Positions 34,524-45,200 of a stretch of 64,000 nt of DNA are shown here, in pieces. The stretch covers positions 1-64,000 of the forward strand of contig CAVWXH010000006.1 in assembly GCA_963758915.1 (NCBI GenBank), written 5' to 3'. Source of the stretch: an uncultured Methanomicrobiales archaeon. GTDB lineage: Archaea; Halobacteriota; Methanomicrobia; Methanomicrobiales; Methanospirillaceae. The notes beneath the pieces were generated by a model that ran no database searches, was not told the origin of the DNA, and worked only from the letters and a program-made list of their open reading frames with translations. The position numbers and the translations under genes are program-made. The stretch's first letter is position 1. Each line of letters starts with the position of its first letter.

Positions 34524-37316
34524 TTACTCGATAATTATCGCGGGTTTGAAAGGCAATGCCGCCGCTGCCTTTGCATAGGTCTGGGGGTCTGCCGGGACTA
34601 CCGTTACCGGTATACCGAATTCCTTTTCAAGGAATGACTTGGCCTTGTTAAAAATATTCTCCTCGTCCAAGCCTTCTTTGGAAATGGCCTCCACGATCTG
34701 GGGTGGAAGGCGGTGGATCAGGGTGGTGCACTGCTTTACGGCATCGGTGGCATCCTTGCCATGCATCCGCATCGTCTCATCCTTCATAATCTCCTTGATT
34801 ACCTGGCTGCGGTCATCCGAGCGGGCAATCGTTTTGAATATATCATGTTTCCAGCCTGGAGCAATGCAGAGCGTGAGCGAGGACGGGGTTATCTGGATCA
34901 GTTTCATGATCGTCTCTATATCTTCCACCGTCCGCGACAGCAATTCTTCAGCCAGCTCAATTTTTGGATACACACGGGAATCGTCCACCTCCGGCCATGA
35001 TGCAAAGGATGCAAGACCCATTTCACCTGTTTCAGACCAAAGTTGTTCGGATGTGAACGGGATGATGGGGGCCATCAACCTGATCCATACGGAACAGAGT
35101 TCTTTTAATGATGCGTGACCCTTCGATCCATCAGTCAGCCTGCGGCGGTACCATTTCAGGTCAGCCTCGACACCAAAGAATGCCTCCTGTAAGGCCTGCC
35201 GGGTCTGGAATTTCATCAGAGACTCCGTTGTTCTGCCGATATGGTGCTGGAGCCTTGAGACCAGCCACGTGTCAATTTCGCAATCCGGCCCGTCAGCCTG
35301 GGAAGCTTCAATAGTAGTATTCCAGAACCTCTCGATCTGTTTTTTGGTCGAACTTACGAGTTCATTTCTCCAGTCAAAATCCTGCCAGGGTTCAGCGCTT
35401 CCTACAAGGAACATCCTCACCGTGTCAGCACCGAACTCCAAAACCGCATCCTCGAGCAGGAAGACATTTCCTTTGCTTGAGGACATCTTTGCCCCGTTCA
35501 GGAGTCCCATACCAAAGACTACCATCCCTTTTGGAAGTAATTGTTTAGGGAATATTGCCACATGGTGGAATATCTGGAAGGTCAGGTGGTTGGAAATTAA
35601 GTCTTTCGCCGAGAACCGGTAGTTGTAGGGGTACCAGTAAAGGAATTCTCCCCTAATCTTCGCAAGTTTTTCCCGTTCAGGGAGATTTGGAGATTCTTTT
35701 CCAAGGAAAATATATTCGAAAACTTCAGGGGTGAGGGCTTCGGGAGCAAATTCACGGATCCGGTGGGCAATTGTGTAATAGGCCATGTATATAGTCGAAT
35801 CTGAGAGCGGCTCAATAAGCCATGCCGGGTCCCATGGGAGACGTGTGCCAAGACCAACCCGTCGCGTGCATGCCCAGTCTTTTAGCCAGTCAACAGTCCG
35901 ATCAAACTCCATCCTTACTTCCGGGGGTACGAGGGACATATCTTTCAGGTGTCCGGATACCTGTGCCTTCCATGCTGGATCGCTATACTGGAGGAACCAC
36001 TGGTCGTGCAGGATCTTCACGTATACACGACTCCCGCACCGGCAGACCACCGAGCGGTTGTCAAACTCATACATAACGGTAGACCCGTATTGTTCGACCA
36101 TCAGGGCAGCAACATCATCCCGGGCAATCCGGACGGGTTTACCCCCAAAGGTATCATAGAGCTTACCCGACGAGAATTCGGCAGCATAGACCTCCTGGGT
36201 CAGGGTCTCCATCCTCGAATCCAGTTGATTTTCAATCCCTTCACGTTCTACCGCGTCTTTTGCAGGGATCTTCCCGTACCCGGGGACGGTGATGAGCGGG
36301 ACCGGCCGGATATCAGGATATTTTCCGGCCTTCTGCAGGTCCCTTAATGCAATATAATCGAAGGGTGCATGTGCCGGGACACTCATCACTACTCCGCTTG
36401 CCATATCGGGATCGACAAATTCTGCAGGAAGTACTGGCACTTTTCCGCATAACGGGTGAAAGACTTTCTGATCAATGAGGGTGGTCCCTGGAATCCGCTC
36501 CAGAACCTCAACCGTGTGGTCCTGCAGGAGTATCTTATCTGCAGCCTCCTGGCTGACGATCCAGGTATGGCCGTCCACGTTGACCTTAACATACGTAACG
36601 GCTGGATTGACCCAGAGGTTGGTGACCCCGTAGATCGTTTCAGGCCGTAGTGTTGCGGTAGGGATTAGCGAGTCACCGTACTGGAACATAACAAGGGTGA
36701 ACTTCAGTATCTCTGCCTTGTCTCCTTCGAGGAGGTCATGGTCTCCTACCGGGTTCTCGCACTGAGGGCAATATCTGACCGGGTGGGCACCTTTTACGAC
36801 ATGGTCTCCTTCCCCGAGATGCTTCCATTGCCATTCAATAAATTTGCTGTAGGTGGGATCCACCGTGGTGAACTTCCGCCGCCAGTCAATGGAGAGTCCG
36901 CAACTCTTCATCACACGCATGTACTCCTCACTGAAATGCCGGACGATCTCAAGAGGATTGGTGAATTGTGCCAGCACTTCAGGAGGTACCTTGTAAAGGT
37001 CACGGTACAGGTGGATTGCTTTCTCATCCCCGCGCGCTATCCGTTTTGAAATGCCAATCACTGGTGCACCCGTAACGTGGAAAGCCATCGGGTACAGCAC
37101 TTCAAACCCTCGCATTCTCCAGAAACGTGCAATTACATCGGGAACGATGTAGGTCCTCCCGTGGCCGACGTGCATTGCACCGCTTGGATAGGGGTAAGCT
37201 ACCGTAATGTAAAACTTTGGGCGGTCTGAAGGGTTCGCCTCAAATACCTGCTCCCATTTTTCTCCCGCCGTGGCCTCGAACTGTCGCATATCGAATTCGC
37301 TCACAATATCACCCAA
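34524..37316 (-). CDS. leuS: Leucine--tRNA ligase
   Basis: YPYPSGAMHVGH, ATLRPET, MSVPAHAP.D editing motif, KMSSSKGN. Confidence 0.97.
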   Translation of the reverse strand: MGDIVSEFDMRQFEATAGEKWEQVFEANPSDRPKFYITVAYPYPSGAMHVGHGRTYIVPDVIARFWRMRGFEVLYPMAFHVTGAPVIGISKRIARGDEKAIHLYRDLYKVPPEVLAQFTNPLEIVRHFSEEYMRVMKSCGLSIDWRRKFTTVDPTYSKFIEWQWKHLGEGDHVVKGAHPVRYCPQCENPVGDHDLLEGDKAEILKFTLVMFQYGDSLIPTATLRPETIYGVTNLWVNPAVTYVKVNVDGHTWIVSQEAADKILLQDHTVEVLERIPGTTLIDQKVFHPLCGKVPVLPAEFVDPDMASGVVMSVPAHAPFDYIALRDLQKAGKYPDIRPVPLITVPGYGKIPAKDAVEREGIENQLDSRMETLTQEVYAAEFSSGKLYDTFGGKPVRIARDDVAALMVEQYGSTVMYEFDNRSVVCRCGSRVYVKILHDQWFLQYSDPAWKAQVSGHLKDMSLVPPEVRMEFDRTVDWLKDWACTRRVGLGTRLPWDPAWLIEPLSDSTIYMAYYTIAHRIREFAPEALTPEVFEYIFLGKESPNLPEREKLAKIRGEFLYWYPYNYRFSAKDLISNHLTFQIFHHVAIFPKQLLPKGMVVFGMGLLNGAKMSSSKGNVFLLEDAVLEFGADTVRMFLVGSAEPWQDFDWRNELVSSTKKQIERFWNTTIEASQADGPDCEIDTWLVSRLQHHIGRTTESLMKFQTRQALQEAFFGVEADLKWYRRRLTDGSKGHASLKELCSVWIRLMAPIIPFTSEQLWSETGEMGLASFASWPEVDDSRVYPKIELAEELLSRTVEDIETIMKLIQITPSSLTLCIAPGWKHDIFKTIARSDDRSQVIKEIMKDETMRMHGKDATDAVKQCTTLIHRLPPQIVEAISKEGLDEENIFNKAKSFLEKEFGIPVTVVPADPQTYAKAAAALPFKPAIIIE

Positions 37317-37349
37317 TTTCTTTTAGAATTTTCCCGGTGTATTATCCGG

Positions 37350-39236
37350 TTATACGGGCCTCAGTTTAATTATATCCCCCTGGTTGTACCGTTTCAGCAT
37401 CTCCTGCGCAATGGTACTGTTCTTTCCAAGGTGGATCTCCCCTGTCTCATTTACCGTCGCCGTGAAAAGGTACTCTTTTCCCGCGAATACGTCAACAATT
37501 TTACCGGCCTGCTCGGGAGAAATGATTGCCAGCTGCTTTTTATCGACACGGATTTTTATCCCTCCGCCCAGCTGGAGTTCCTCTTCCACTGGTGCCTGTG
37601 CAGGCTGGGGTTTCTCGGCCTCGCTTCTTGGCCTGATATCTATCCCGATACCTACCTTGTTTACAATTGCCGCAATATTTTTCCCACCTTTTCCGATCGC
37701 GGCAGGGACGTCCTTATCATCGATATAGACGACTGCTTTCGTATCTGAAAGCATCCTTACATCGACGGTACCATCAGAGTACCGTCCTATTTCCCTCTGT
37801 ATTTCCCGTTCCGTGATCTTCCAGCCAGAGTTCTCCTCCTCCTTCACCTCTTCCTGCACTTTCAACGATGGTTCCGCCATGGCCTGCTGGGAAGGTGCCG
37901 AAATAACGATGGTCTCTCCCTCATATTTGAATATCTCAAATGCAAGATCTCCGGTTTCGTAGTTGCGGACAATTGTGACCGGACGGAGGTGCGTCTCGCC
38001 AGCCATTCCTTCAGGCACTTTTATGGTAAATTCAACATCGTAGACCTTCAGGATTTCACCCTCATCTACAAAGATAATGGTATTGACTATTTGTGGAAGG
38101 ACGCCAAAATCCACCCTGTCTGAAAAGCGCTGTAGTGCATCTTGTGCGCCGATTGCATGGACGACCCCGACCATGCCGATACCTGCCAGGCGCATATCGG
38201 CGAACACCCGGAAGTCCTCATGCTTCCTGAGTTCGTCAAACACGACATAATCAGGCCGTACAAGCATCAGAATATCCGCAGTGTTTTCCATGCTCCCTTC
38301 AAGCAGGGTATATTGCGTAATATGGTCAGGAACCTGTAATTCTCTTGGTGCCTCCATTGTTTTCACAACAAAGCCGTTATCTGCAAGATATGTTGCCACA
38401 CTCTGGGCCAGTGTAGTCTTTCCTGCTCCGGGAGGCCCGGCGATTAAAAGGCCTCTCTTCTTTCCCGTGATCCTGTTTTTGATTACATTTGATTTCCGGT
38501 AATTATCAAGGACCATATCCACGATTGGCCGGACTGCCGTAATCTCCATCCCGTCACTAAACGGTCTCCGGGCGATCGCAATCCTCATGGAGCCAATCTG
38601 TACAACCGTAATCCCGCGCTTTTCAACCTCGATAAATCCGTCCGGGTCCCGTTTTGCCCGTTCAAGTATCTCCTGTGCAAGCGATTTTAGCTCATAATCA
38701 GAGGAAGGCTGATCCCGGATCCTGACGAGTTTCATCTCGTTGATTGTTCCTTTCTTTGCTACCGGAGGTACGCGCTCCTTCAGGTACACCGCAATGGTAT
38801 GCTCATCAAAGAACTGATCAATTCCAAGGGGTGTAAAATCCCCTATCTGGGGTTTTAAGTAGATAACATCAAGGCCTTTAGCCTTGGCTACTTCAGCCTG
38901 GACAATATCGCTCGTAATGAACCGTGCCGTATGTTCTATTGCAACATTCCGTATGAGTGCATCAATCTCGCCTCCGCTGGCGAGCTTGACCTGTTCAAGA
39001 GTAGGTCGCACACCGACGAATTTAAGTTCAATTGTCCCTTCTTCAGCCAGTTTGCAAAGCGCCTGAAGTTCCGTGAGGCCTGAAAATCCTATCTCCCGTC
39101 CCTGGTTTGCCTGTGCCTCAAGTTCTGCGATTACTGCTTCTGGTATAATTATTGTCGCGCCATTATATTCACCGGTTTTTATCATTGAGGTGATGCGACC
39201 ATCTATGACAACACTAGTATCTGGTACTAATTTCAA
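37350..39236 (-). CDS. PIN-domain ATPase (PINA; PIN + ATPase + KH)
   Basis: VPDTSVVIDG PIN start, GPPGAGKTT, DELR, KH motif AAIGKGGKNI. Confidence 0.92.
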   Translation of the reverse strand: MKLVPDTSVVIDGRITSMIKTGEYNGATIIIPEAVIAELEAQANQGREIGFSGLTELQALCKLAEEGTIELKFVGVRPTLEQVKLASGGEIDALIRNVAIEHTARFITSDIVQAEVAKAKGLDVIYLKPQIGDFTPLGIDQFFDEHTIAVYLKERVPPVAKKGTINEMKLVRIRDQPSSDYELKSLAQEILERAKRDPDGFIEVEKRGITVVQIGSMRIAIARRPFSDGMEITAVRPIVDMVLDNYRKSNVIKNRITGKKRGLLIAGPPGAGKTTLAQSVATYLADNGFVVKTMEAPRELQVPDHITQYTLLEGSMENTADILMLVRPDYVVFDELRKHEDFRVFADMRLAGIGMVGVVHAIGAQDALQRFSDRVDFGVLPQIVNTIIFVDEGEILKVYDVEFTIKVPEGMAGETHLRPVTIVRNYETGDLAFEIFKYEGETIVISAPSQQAMAEPSLKVQEEVKEEENSGWKITEREIQREIGRYSDGTVDVRMLSDTKAVVYIDDKDVPAAIGKGGKNIAAIVNKVGIGIDIRPRSEAEKPQPAQAPVEEELQLGGGIKIRVDKKQLAIISPEQAGKIVDVFAGKEYLFTATVNETGEIHLGKNSTIAQEMLKRYNQGDIIKLRPV

Positions 39237-39261
39237 AAAATATCACCGGTTATATATTTGA

Positions 39262-39630
39262 TCATTGATCTTTATTAGCGTATACCTTAGCGGGATCAAA
39301 GACCTGGCGGGATATCTCGATTCCATCAATTGTTCTGAAAAAGCAGGTCATATGGCCTGTATGGCAGGCTGCCCCTTCCTGGATGACTTCGTAGAGGAGG
39401 CAGTCCTCATCACAATCTACAAGTATCCTCGACACCCGTTGTACATGTCCGCTCTCTTCCCCTTTTTTCCATATCTTTTTACGGCTCCTGCTATAGAAAT
39501 GCGAAAATCCGGTACTGGCCGTTAGTCCGACTGCCTCACTGTTGGCATAAGCGACCATCAACACTTCACGTGTGGTCTGGTCCTGGACGACGACGGGGAT
39601 AAGACCGTCCTGGTATTGTAATGGTAGCAT
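39262..39630 (-). CDS. hisI: Phosphoribosyl-AMP cyclohydrolase
   Basis: [27 protein letters not shown]. Confidence 0.96.
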   Translation of the reverse strand: MLPLQYQDGLIPVVVQDQTTREVLMVAYANSEAVGLTASTGFSHFYSRSRKKIWKKGEESGHVQRVSRILVDCDEDCLLYEVIQEGAACHTGHMTCFFRTIDGIEISRQVFDPAKVYANKDQ

Positions 39631-39634
39631 AATG

Positions 39635-40738
39635 TTAGATACCTCCAAAGAAATTAAGGCATATAGTAAGGATATCTCCGATAAAAAGTCCAAATATTAA
39701 TCCAGCGGTAATGGGGACAATAAATGGGACGCCATAGGATATCCAGACCTTTCCTGCCTGTTTATACAATGAAATTTCATGGGAATATTGTTCCGGATGT
39801 AATCTGAGGTCTTTTGTATAAATCCGCTTCCCCCCCTTGACGAGAGATCCCAGGGCCTCCCCAAGTTTCAAAAATCTCCGTTCGATTGTGCCACCAGTCA
39901 CACTGATCTCTTCAATGATATATCCGAATGAATTCTGTACCTTGTCTCCATCAACCGGGTACCCAAGGAAAAGATAGAGTAAGGGCGCCCTGTTTCCCCG
40001 GTACAGGTTCACCATAAAGAGTGCAATCGGGGCAATGAGGTTGAATATCACTGCATTGACCAGAACGGTGAACGGAAAAAATGCAAGGGGCGGGTATCCG
40101 GCAAGTGGTGTGAAGGGAAAGAACGGGATCGTCAGCGATATGAACATCAGTGCCCATGCATCAGCCCCGCCAAAAAGATTGAGAAATGCAAATAAGTAAA
40201 AAAGGAGGCAGAAAAATGCGATCATCCCGAGGTACGCGTATGAAATCTGTGTCGCGACTGCTATGGCATAGTAAAACCATGAAAATGCAGCAATCAGGAA
40301 ATAGATTATCGGCCAGGTATCGGTGAAACGGTTCTCTCTACCCCGGAACTCGAGCAATGTCGCGCAGGAAAAAATCAACACTGCGGCCATGGACATAAAA
40401 AAAATGCTTATCATCTCATTATAGAGAAAATAAAAGCCTGTGCAGATCTGGAGGGCAATTACTATTATCGGCCACACCAGCTGTTTTGGAGTCCTGATAT
40501 CACAGTTATTAAAATATGCAAGTAAGAGGATGGCACTGGTGATTCCCGCGTATCCTGCGAGGAGAACAATTCCATTATTAAAAGAGATGAGTGCCAGTCC
40601 CGCCCCGGGTATACCGATTAGAAGGAGTGGCACCCAGGTAATAAACGGGACCCTCCGATCAATAATATCAAGATATGATGCATAGCAGAGTGTTATAATA
40701 ACTGCGATGGCACCGATAACAAGCGGAACTATGATCAT
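39635..40738 (-). CDS. Prepilin/preflagellin peptidase (A24, PibD/FlaK type)
   Basis: [11 protein letters not shown] and FGGADA catalytic Asp motifs. C-terminal [16 protein letters not shown]. Confidence 0.9.
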   Translation of the reverse strand: MIIVPLVIGAIAVIITLCYASYLDIIDRRVPFITWVPLLLIGIPGAGLALISFNNGIVLLAGYAGITSAILLLAYFNNCDIRTPKQLVWPIIVIALQICTGFYFLYNEMISIFFMSMAAVLIFSCATLLEFRGRENRFTDTWPIIYFLIAAFSWFYYAIAVATQISYAYLGMIAFFCLLFYLFAFLNLFGGADAWALMFISLTIPFFPFTPLAGYPPLAFFPFTVLVNAVIFNLIAPIALFMVNLYRGNRAPLLYLFLGYPVDGDKVQNSFGYIIEEISVTGGTIERRFLKLGEALGSLVKGGKRIYTKDLRLHPEQYSHEISLYKQAGKVWISYGVPFIVPITAGLIFGLFIGDILTICLNFFGGI

Positions 40739-41065
40739 GGTCGTCACGTGCAATATCTGTATCAGGACTTTTTAATAATGGCGTTTTTAAGAAAATGACG
40801 GCCTCGGTCCTCTCCTCCTTGTTATGCTTGCATTACAAGGATTGCACTGCCTGGTATTGTGTTGCCCAATCCCCTATCATTTTCGTAAGCAGGCTACCTG
40901 ATTACATGATGACGGGGAGATAAATCAATATAATATGCTAATATAGTACGGAAATACAGAAAGGATCCTACACAAAGAACCGGTAACGGGTATCAGCAGT
41001 CCCATGTCACTGCCCGAATATTCTCTACCTAACAGCTATAACCATTATGAGGGAGTGAATTCTGA

Positions 41066-41680
41066 ATGGAAATCAATGAATTTCTCAACGAGCAGATGAA
41101 TGCGACCACATCAGAGTACTCTTCTAAATTAAACGATCTAAAAAAATATGTAACCGATGGAAAAAAAAGTGGGATCGGAGTTGCCGATATCGGATTTGGT
41201 AAGCTGTATTTACTGTTTAAAAAAGGCGAACCAGAAGGTGCAGTAGAGATAGAAAAAAATGGAATCCTTCTTGGAGATAAGGCCATATACCTTTTAAAAG
41301 GTAATGAGGTGTTCTCTTTTCATCCGGTTGAGCTGGATGTAATCGAATCCTATATTCTCTTGTGTCGTATCTTTGACCGGAGCCATCTTACCAGTAATAT
41401 GTCTATGGCAATGCCAACCATTGAAAGAAGAAATGAAGGCACAGGTTCGTTTACCGTAATAATCCTGAAAGGAAAGGTACCCCAGTCTGGTATTCATGTA
41501 TCCATCAGGAAACAGGGACGGGTGATCGGTAGCGATGTTACCACGCAAGAGGGGAAGGCATATTTCAAAGTAATCTTCGGTGAATATGACTGTGTGGTAA
41601 TGGACCGTGATCGGAAAATAAGGATATTTCCTGTCACGGTGCGTTCAGGTGGACGCGAAGAGACCATTGAGCTTGGTTAA
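41066..41680 (+). CDS. Hypothetical protein: DUF2226/PATAN-like N-domain plus beta-sandwich C-domain
   Basis: KKSGIG...LYLLFKKGEP.GAV......LLGDKAI resembles the 45201 and 47562 N-domains. The C-terminal T..EGKAYF....GEYD.VV is prealbumin-like. Confidence 0.65.
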   Translation: MEINEFLNEQMNATTSEYSSKLNDLKKYVTDGKKSGIGVADIGFGKLYLLFKKGEPEGAVEIEKNGILLGDKAIYLLKGNEVFSFHPVELDVIESYILLCRIFDRSHLTSNMSMAMPTIERRNEGTGSFTVIILKGKVPQSGIHVSIRKQGRVIGSDVTTQEGKAYFKVIFGEYDCVVMDRDRKIRIFPVTVRSGGREETIELG

Positions 41681-42026
41681 CCGATTGATATAAAATTGGG
41701 CAGGCTCTTCCTGCAAGGTGGCATAGGATTATCCGTTTCCAGATTGTCATTTGATATTTTCATTTAAAAAAGGTCTATCATCGTTTGATTGGAATTTCAA
41801 TATTAACCAATATCTGCCTTTATTTTTAAAATTCATCAATATTTCATCTATTATCTGCCGACCCCATATGGTATTGGTTAAATAAATGAAATCAAGACGT
41901 ATATCCCATGGTGCTGTATCTTGAAGGCAAAAAGGAGAAATTCGTGTCCTGCCTGATTGTCCGAGTGATTTTTCCATACTTATTTTAACAATCCCGGTTC
42001 AGGAGAACACACAGTATGGAACAACC

Positions 42027-43253
42027 ATGACTACAATATTAGAACATGCCAGAGAGGGAATCTGCAGCCCCCAGATGAATGCGGTCGCTTACAACGAAGG
42101 GGTAAACCCGGAAGTCCTTCGTGCTCAAATCATATCCGGAAAAGTTGTAATAATGCACAGGGGGGAAGTTGCGGTGGGAATCGGTAAGGGTTTGCGGACA
42201 AAAATAAACGTTAACCTTGGTTCATCGACAAACCGTGCCCGGTTGTCTGATGAGATAGAAAAAGCGCGAATCGCTGAAAAATATGGTGCAGATACAATCA
42301 GTGACCTCTCAATGGGTGGCAATATTAACAAGATCAGGAAAGAAATTTTTAACCAGACAAAACTTCCTGTCACCACAGTTCCAATTTATCAGGCCGTTGC
42401 GGAATCCGGTCTTAAGGACCTGACTACTGAAGATATTCTCACTACTGTCCGCATGCAGGCACGGCAGGGGATAAGTTCGATCGTGATCCATTGTGTAAAT
42501 GAACGGATGCTAAGTTCGCTACGGCAGAAAAAACGAATTCTTGGCATGGTCTCAAAAGGGGGAGCTATCACAAGTTCTTTTATGCAGATGAATAATTGTG
42601 AAAACCCGTTTATCGGACATTTTTCTGAAATACTAACAATAATGAAAGAATACGATATCGTCCTTTCGCTGGGGAATGCCGCTCGAAGCGGTTGCATCCA
42701 TGATCTCCAGGATGAGACGCAACGTGAGGAGTTTCGACAAAATCTCGAGCTTGCCAACCTCGCACATGCTGAAGGTGTACAGGTCATTATCGAGGGGGCG
42801 GGGGGACATATCCGGGCAGACAGGATTAAAGAGTACATTGAACAGTACAAAAATAACTCCCCATATCCCCTCTTTGTTGCAGGACCACTTCCCACGGACA
42901 TAGCATTCGGGTATGACCATATTGCGGGTTGTGTAGGTGCGAGTATTGCGAGTTCTGCGGGTGCGGATTATCTCTGTGCCATCACACCTGCAGAACATCT
43001 TGGGCTGCCAGGTCTGCAGGAGGTAAAAGAAGGTTTAATCGCATTCAGGATTGCAGCGCATATCGGGGATTCAATGAAGTATGGGAAAGATGAAAAAGAC
43101 CGGGTAATTGCAGAAAAAAGATCAGTACTCGACCTGGAAGGTCAGATGTGCCTTGCACTGGACCGTGAACGTGCGGAAATGTTGTCTTCACGTATTTCTG
43201 AATGTACAATGTGCGGGGATTTCTGTGCAATTAAACTGATGAAAATGTTTTGA
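42027..43253 (+). CDS. ThiC-family radical SAM enzyme (ThiC or a Bza-type paralogue)
   Basis: GLRTKINVNLGSS, GADTISDLSMGG, TDIAFGYDHI, ITPAEHLGLP, C-terminal CTMCGDFC. Confidence 0.88.
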   Translation: MTTILEHAREGICSPQMNAVAYNEGVNPEVLRAQIISGKVVIMHRGEVAVGIGKGLRTKINVNLGSSTNRARLSDEIEKARIAEKYGADTISDLSMGGNINKIRKEIFNQTKLPVTTVPIYQAVAESGLKDLTTEDILTTVRMQARQGISSIVIHCVNERMLSSLRQKKRILGMVSKGGAITSSFMQMNNCENPFIGHFSEILTIMKEYDIVLSLGNAARSGCIHDLQDETQREEFRQNLELANLAHAEGVQVIIEGAGGHIRADRIKEYIEQYKNNSPYPLFVAGPLPTDIAFGYDHIAGCVGASIASSAGADYLCAITPAEHLGLPGLQEVKEGLIAFRIAAHIGDSMKYGKDEKDRVIAEKRSVLDLEGQMCLALDRERAEMLSSRISECTMCGDFCAIKLMKMF

Positions 43254-43542
43254 AAAGAAGCCAAGCGCCGGATAATTTACATGCCGTCAGCTTTGTTGAA
43301 ACACACATGAACGTGGCATTTTCATGGTCCAGCTGTGAACTTCCTGTTCATGTGTGTTTCAACAGAGTCTTGCAGTTTAATTCATCCGAACTGAAAAAAA
43401 AGCATGGGGTTTTTAATAAAAAAAAGAATGCAAATATAAAACATCAAACCAGTAATATAAAATTATTACTATTTATTTTTAATATTTATCCTATTAAAAA
43501 GAAAGATATTTTGAGTGTTTCATGGAAATCCAAAAAAAAGAT

Positions 43543-43740
43543 TTACATCTGGTGTCTTTTATATTCTTCGGCAGTCCTTGAAATTTCATCAAGTTCGCTT
43601 TCAGAGAAGTCAATGGCAAACCCGGCTTTATCATGTTCGTCGAGAAGTTGCTGGATCCTCCTTGACATGACATACATGAAAAAACATTGTACTATAATAA
43701 TCAACCCGAACAGAATAATCAGAGTTTCCTCAATGCTCAT
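43543..43740 (-). CDS. Small single-pass membrane protein coupled to minD
   Basis: N-terminal TM and acidic helical tail. ATGA overlap with the minD stop. Confidence 0.7.
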   Translation of the reverse strand: MSIEETLIILFGLIIIVQCFFMYVMSRRIQQLLDEHDKAGFAIDFSESELDEISRTAEEYKRHQM

Positions 43741-44522
43741 CGTTTCCCTCTAAACAGGACCTTTGCAAAGCGGTCTACAAACCCGTCTTTTGCGGCCTGA
43801 GGGCTTTCCTTAAAAGGCATACCTGCCATATTTGCGGCGATTCTCCTTAAGGCGACGGATGCACCGGAGTCCGGGTATTTTATCACCACAGGTGTTTTAA
43901 ATGATGCGGCCTTCCTGATATTCGGGTCTTCCGGAATAGTTCCGATCACTTTTACTCCAAGGACTTTCTCCATCTTCTGGCTGACAAAATCAGTTTTTTC
44001 AACCCCCGCACGGTTAAGGATGGCTCCCATTACATGACCCCCTACAACTTCGGTCAGGATTTTTGTTTTCAGGGCATCCACAATTGAAGAAAGTTCCGGA
44101 TTAACTACAAGAATAACTTCATCCGCAATTGCAAGGGGGATAACCCCGTCCCTGCTTATACCCGCTGGTGCATCTATCAGCAGGTAATCACAAAGATTGA
44201 CCAACTCCTTAAGTGCGTCCTTCAGTTTTTCCGGGTCAGCCTGCTGGAATCCCTGCAGGGAAATCCCGCTGGGAACAACTTTCAAACCAGCAGGACCTTC
44301 GTAAATTGCATCTTTGATGTTTGCCTTACCAGCTAACACTTCGTGGAGTGTGATCGGAACATCCTCAAGGCCAAGGACAAGGCCAAGATTCGCCATTCCG
44401 ATATCAGCATCCATTATAAATGTCTCTTTCCCCAATTGGGCAAGGCATGTCCCGAGGTTCACAGTCACCGTGGTCTTTCCTGTTCCACCTTTTCCGGAAG
44501 CCAACGTGTAGACTCTGACCAT
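43737..44522 (-). CDS. minD: MinD/ParA-family ATPase
   Basis: SGKGGTGKTT, DADIGMANL, IDAPAG. C-terminal amphipathic GFVDRFAKVLF. Confidence 0.93.
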   Translation of the reverse strand: MVRVYTLASGKGGTGKTTVTVNLGTCLAQLGKETFIMDADIGMANLGLVLGLEDVPITLHEVLAGKANIKDAIYEGPAGLKVVPSGISLQGFQQADPEKLKDALKELVNLCDYLLIDAPAGISRDGVIPLAIADEVILVVNPELSSIVDALKTKILTEVVGGHVMGAILNRAGVEKTDFVSQKMEKVLGVKVIGTIPEDPNIRKAASFKTPVVIKYPDSGASVALRRIAANMAGMPFKESPQAAKDGFVDRFAKVLFRGKR

Positions 44523-44594
44523 TAAACACCTTCACAAGAGTTGCTTAATGTAAATTTATATGCTGGTAATTAAATCCTCTCCCTCTTAGGTACA

Positions 44595-45158
44595 TTATAT
44601 CCACCAGTTCATGATTTTTTCAGTATCCTTCTTGATACTTTCCAATGAACTGTCTGTTATCACATGGTCGGATCGTATGATTCCGATTATCGATGATCCC
44701 TTATGGGTGATATCAAATATTCTCATCCCCGGAACAGAAGGGACCTCATCTGGTTTTAAGGCCTGGCCATAGTGTGCTGCATCATCCTGCCCACTTTCCC
44801 CGGTTGTTGCAATCATCAGACCGTCTGTTGTTGACAAGGTTATTGCACCGAGATGGTATTTCGATGCAAGCGCATGGAGATTTCTTGAAATATCCCCGAG
44901 GTCCACAAGTTGTACCTTTTCATCCTGTTGTTTTTTTTCTGCAATGTCCCCATCTTTGATTTCTGCATTATCAGGAAACTGAGTAATAATCTCTGCTGGT
45001 GGTTTAATGTCCCAGATTTTAGCTGGCTCTTTTCTTCCCGCTCTGTGTTTTACCTGGTAAATCTTCATAAATAGCAGGATAATGATAATTGCTGCTATTG
45101 CTATGATCAGGATGATGACCGGAATGAATGATATCTGTCCTTGTAATATCGATTGCAT
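44595..45158 (-). CDS. Membrane-anchored protein with a C-terminal Roadblock/profilin-like domain
   Basis: N-terminal TM, linker, then LGAITLSTTDGLMIATT...DDAAHY (the Roadblock 'DG' beta-hairpin pattern). Confidence 0.6.
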   Translation of the reverse strand: MQSILQGQISFIPVIILIIAIAAIIIILLFMKIYQVKHRAGRKEPAKIWDIKPPAEIITQFPDNAEIKDGDIAEKKQQDEKVQLVDLGDISRNLHALASKYHLGAITLSTTDGLMIATTGESGQDDAAHYGQALKPDEVPSVPGMRIFDITHKGSSIIGIIRSDHVITDSSLESIKKDTEKIMNWWI

Positions 45159-45200
45159 GGTGTCTTCCTGCTTTAGCGCTTGTTTTTCTGGAATTTATTC

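Noticed and set aside
39635-40738. Prepilin peptidase as a dedicated member of the polarity/pilus locus
   Set aside because: It heads a peptidase-hisI-PINA-leuS run that looks like a housekeeping arrangement. Proximity alone does not show dedication.
41681-42026. Possible TPP or cobalamin riboswitch, or ORF 41747-41977, upstream of the ThiC-like gene
   Set aside because: No CTGAGA/TPP or B12-box motifs. The ORF is AT-rich without recognisable features.
43250-43753. 167-aa plus-strand ORF
   Set aside because: Low-complexity A-rich translation that overlaps the better-supported minus-strand microprotein and the minD end.
44595-45158. LQG|QISF plus hydrophobic stretch resembling a class III (pilin) signal peptide
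   Set aside because: It lacks the K/R at -2. Basic residues follow the TM, implying a cytoplasmic C-terminus. No convincing pilin gene was found in the window.
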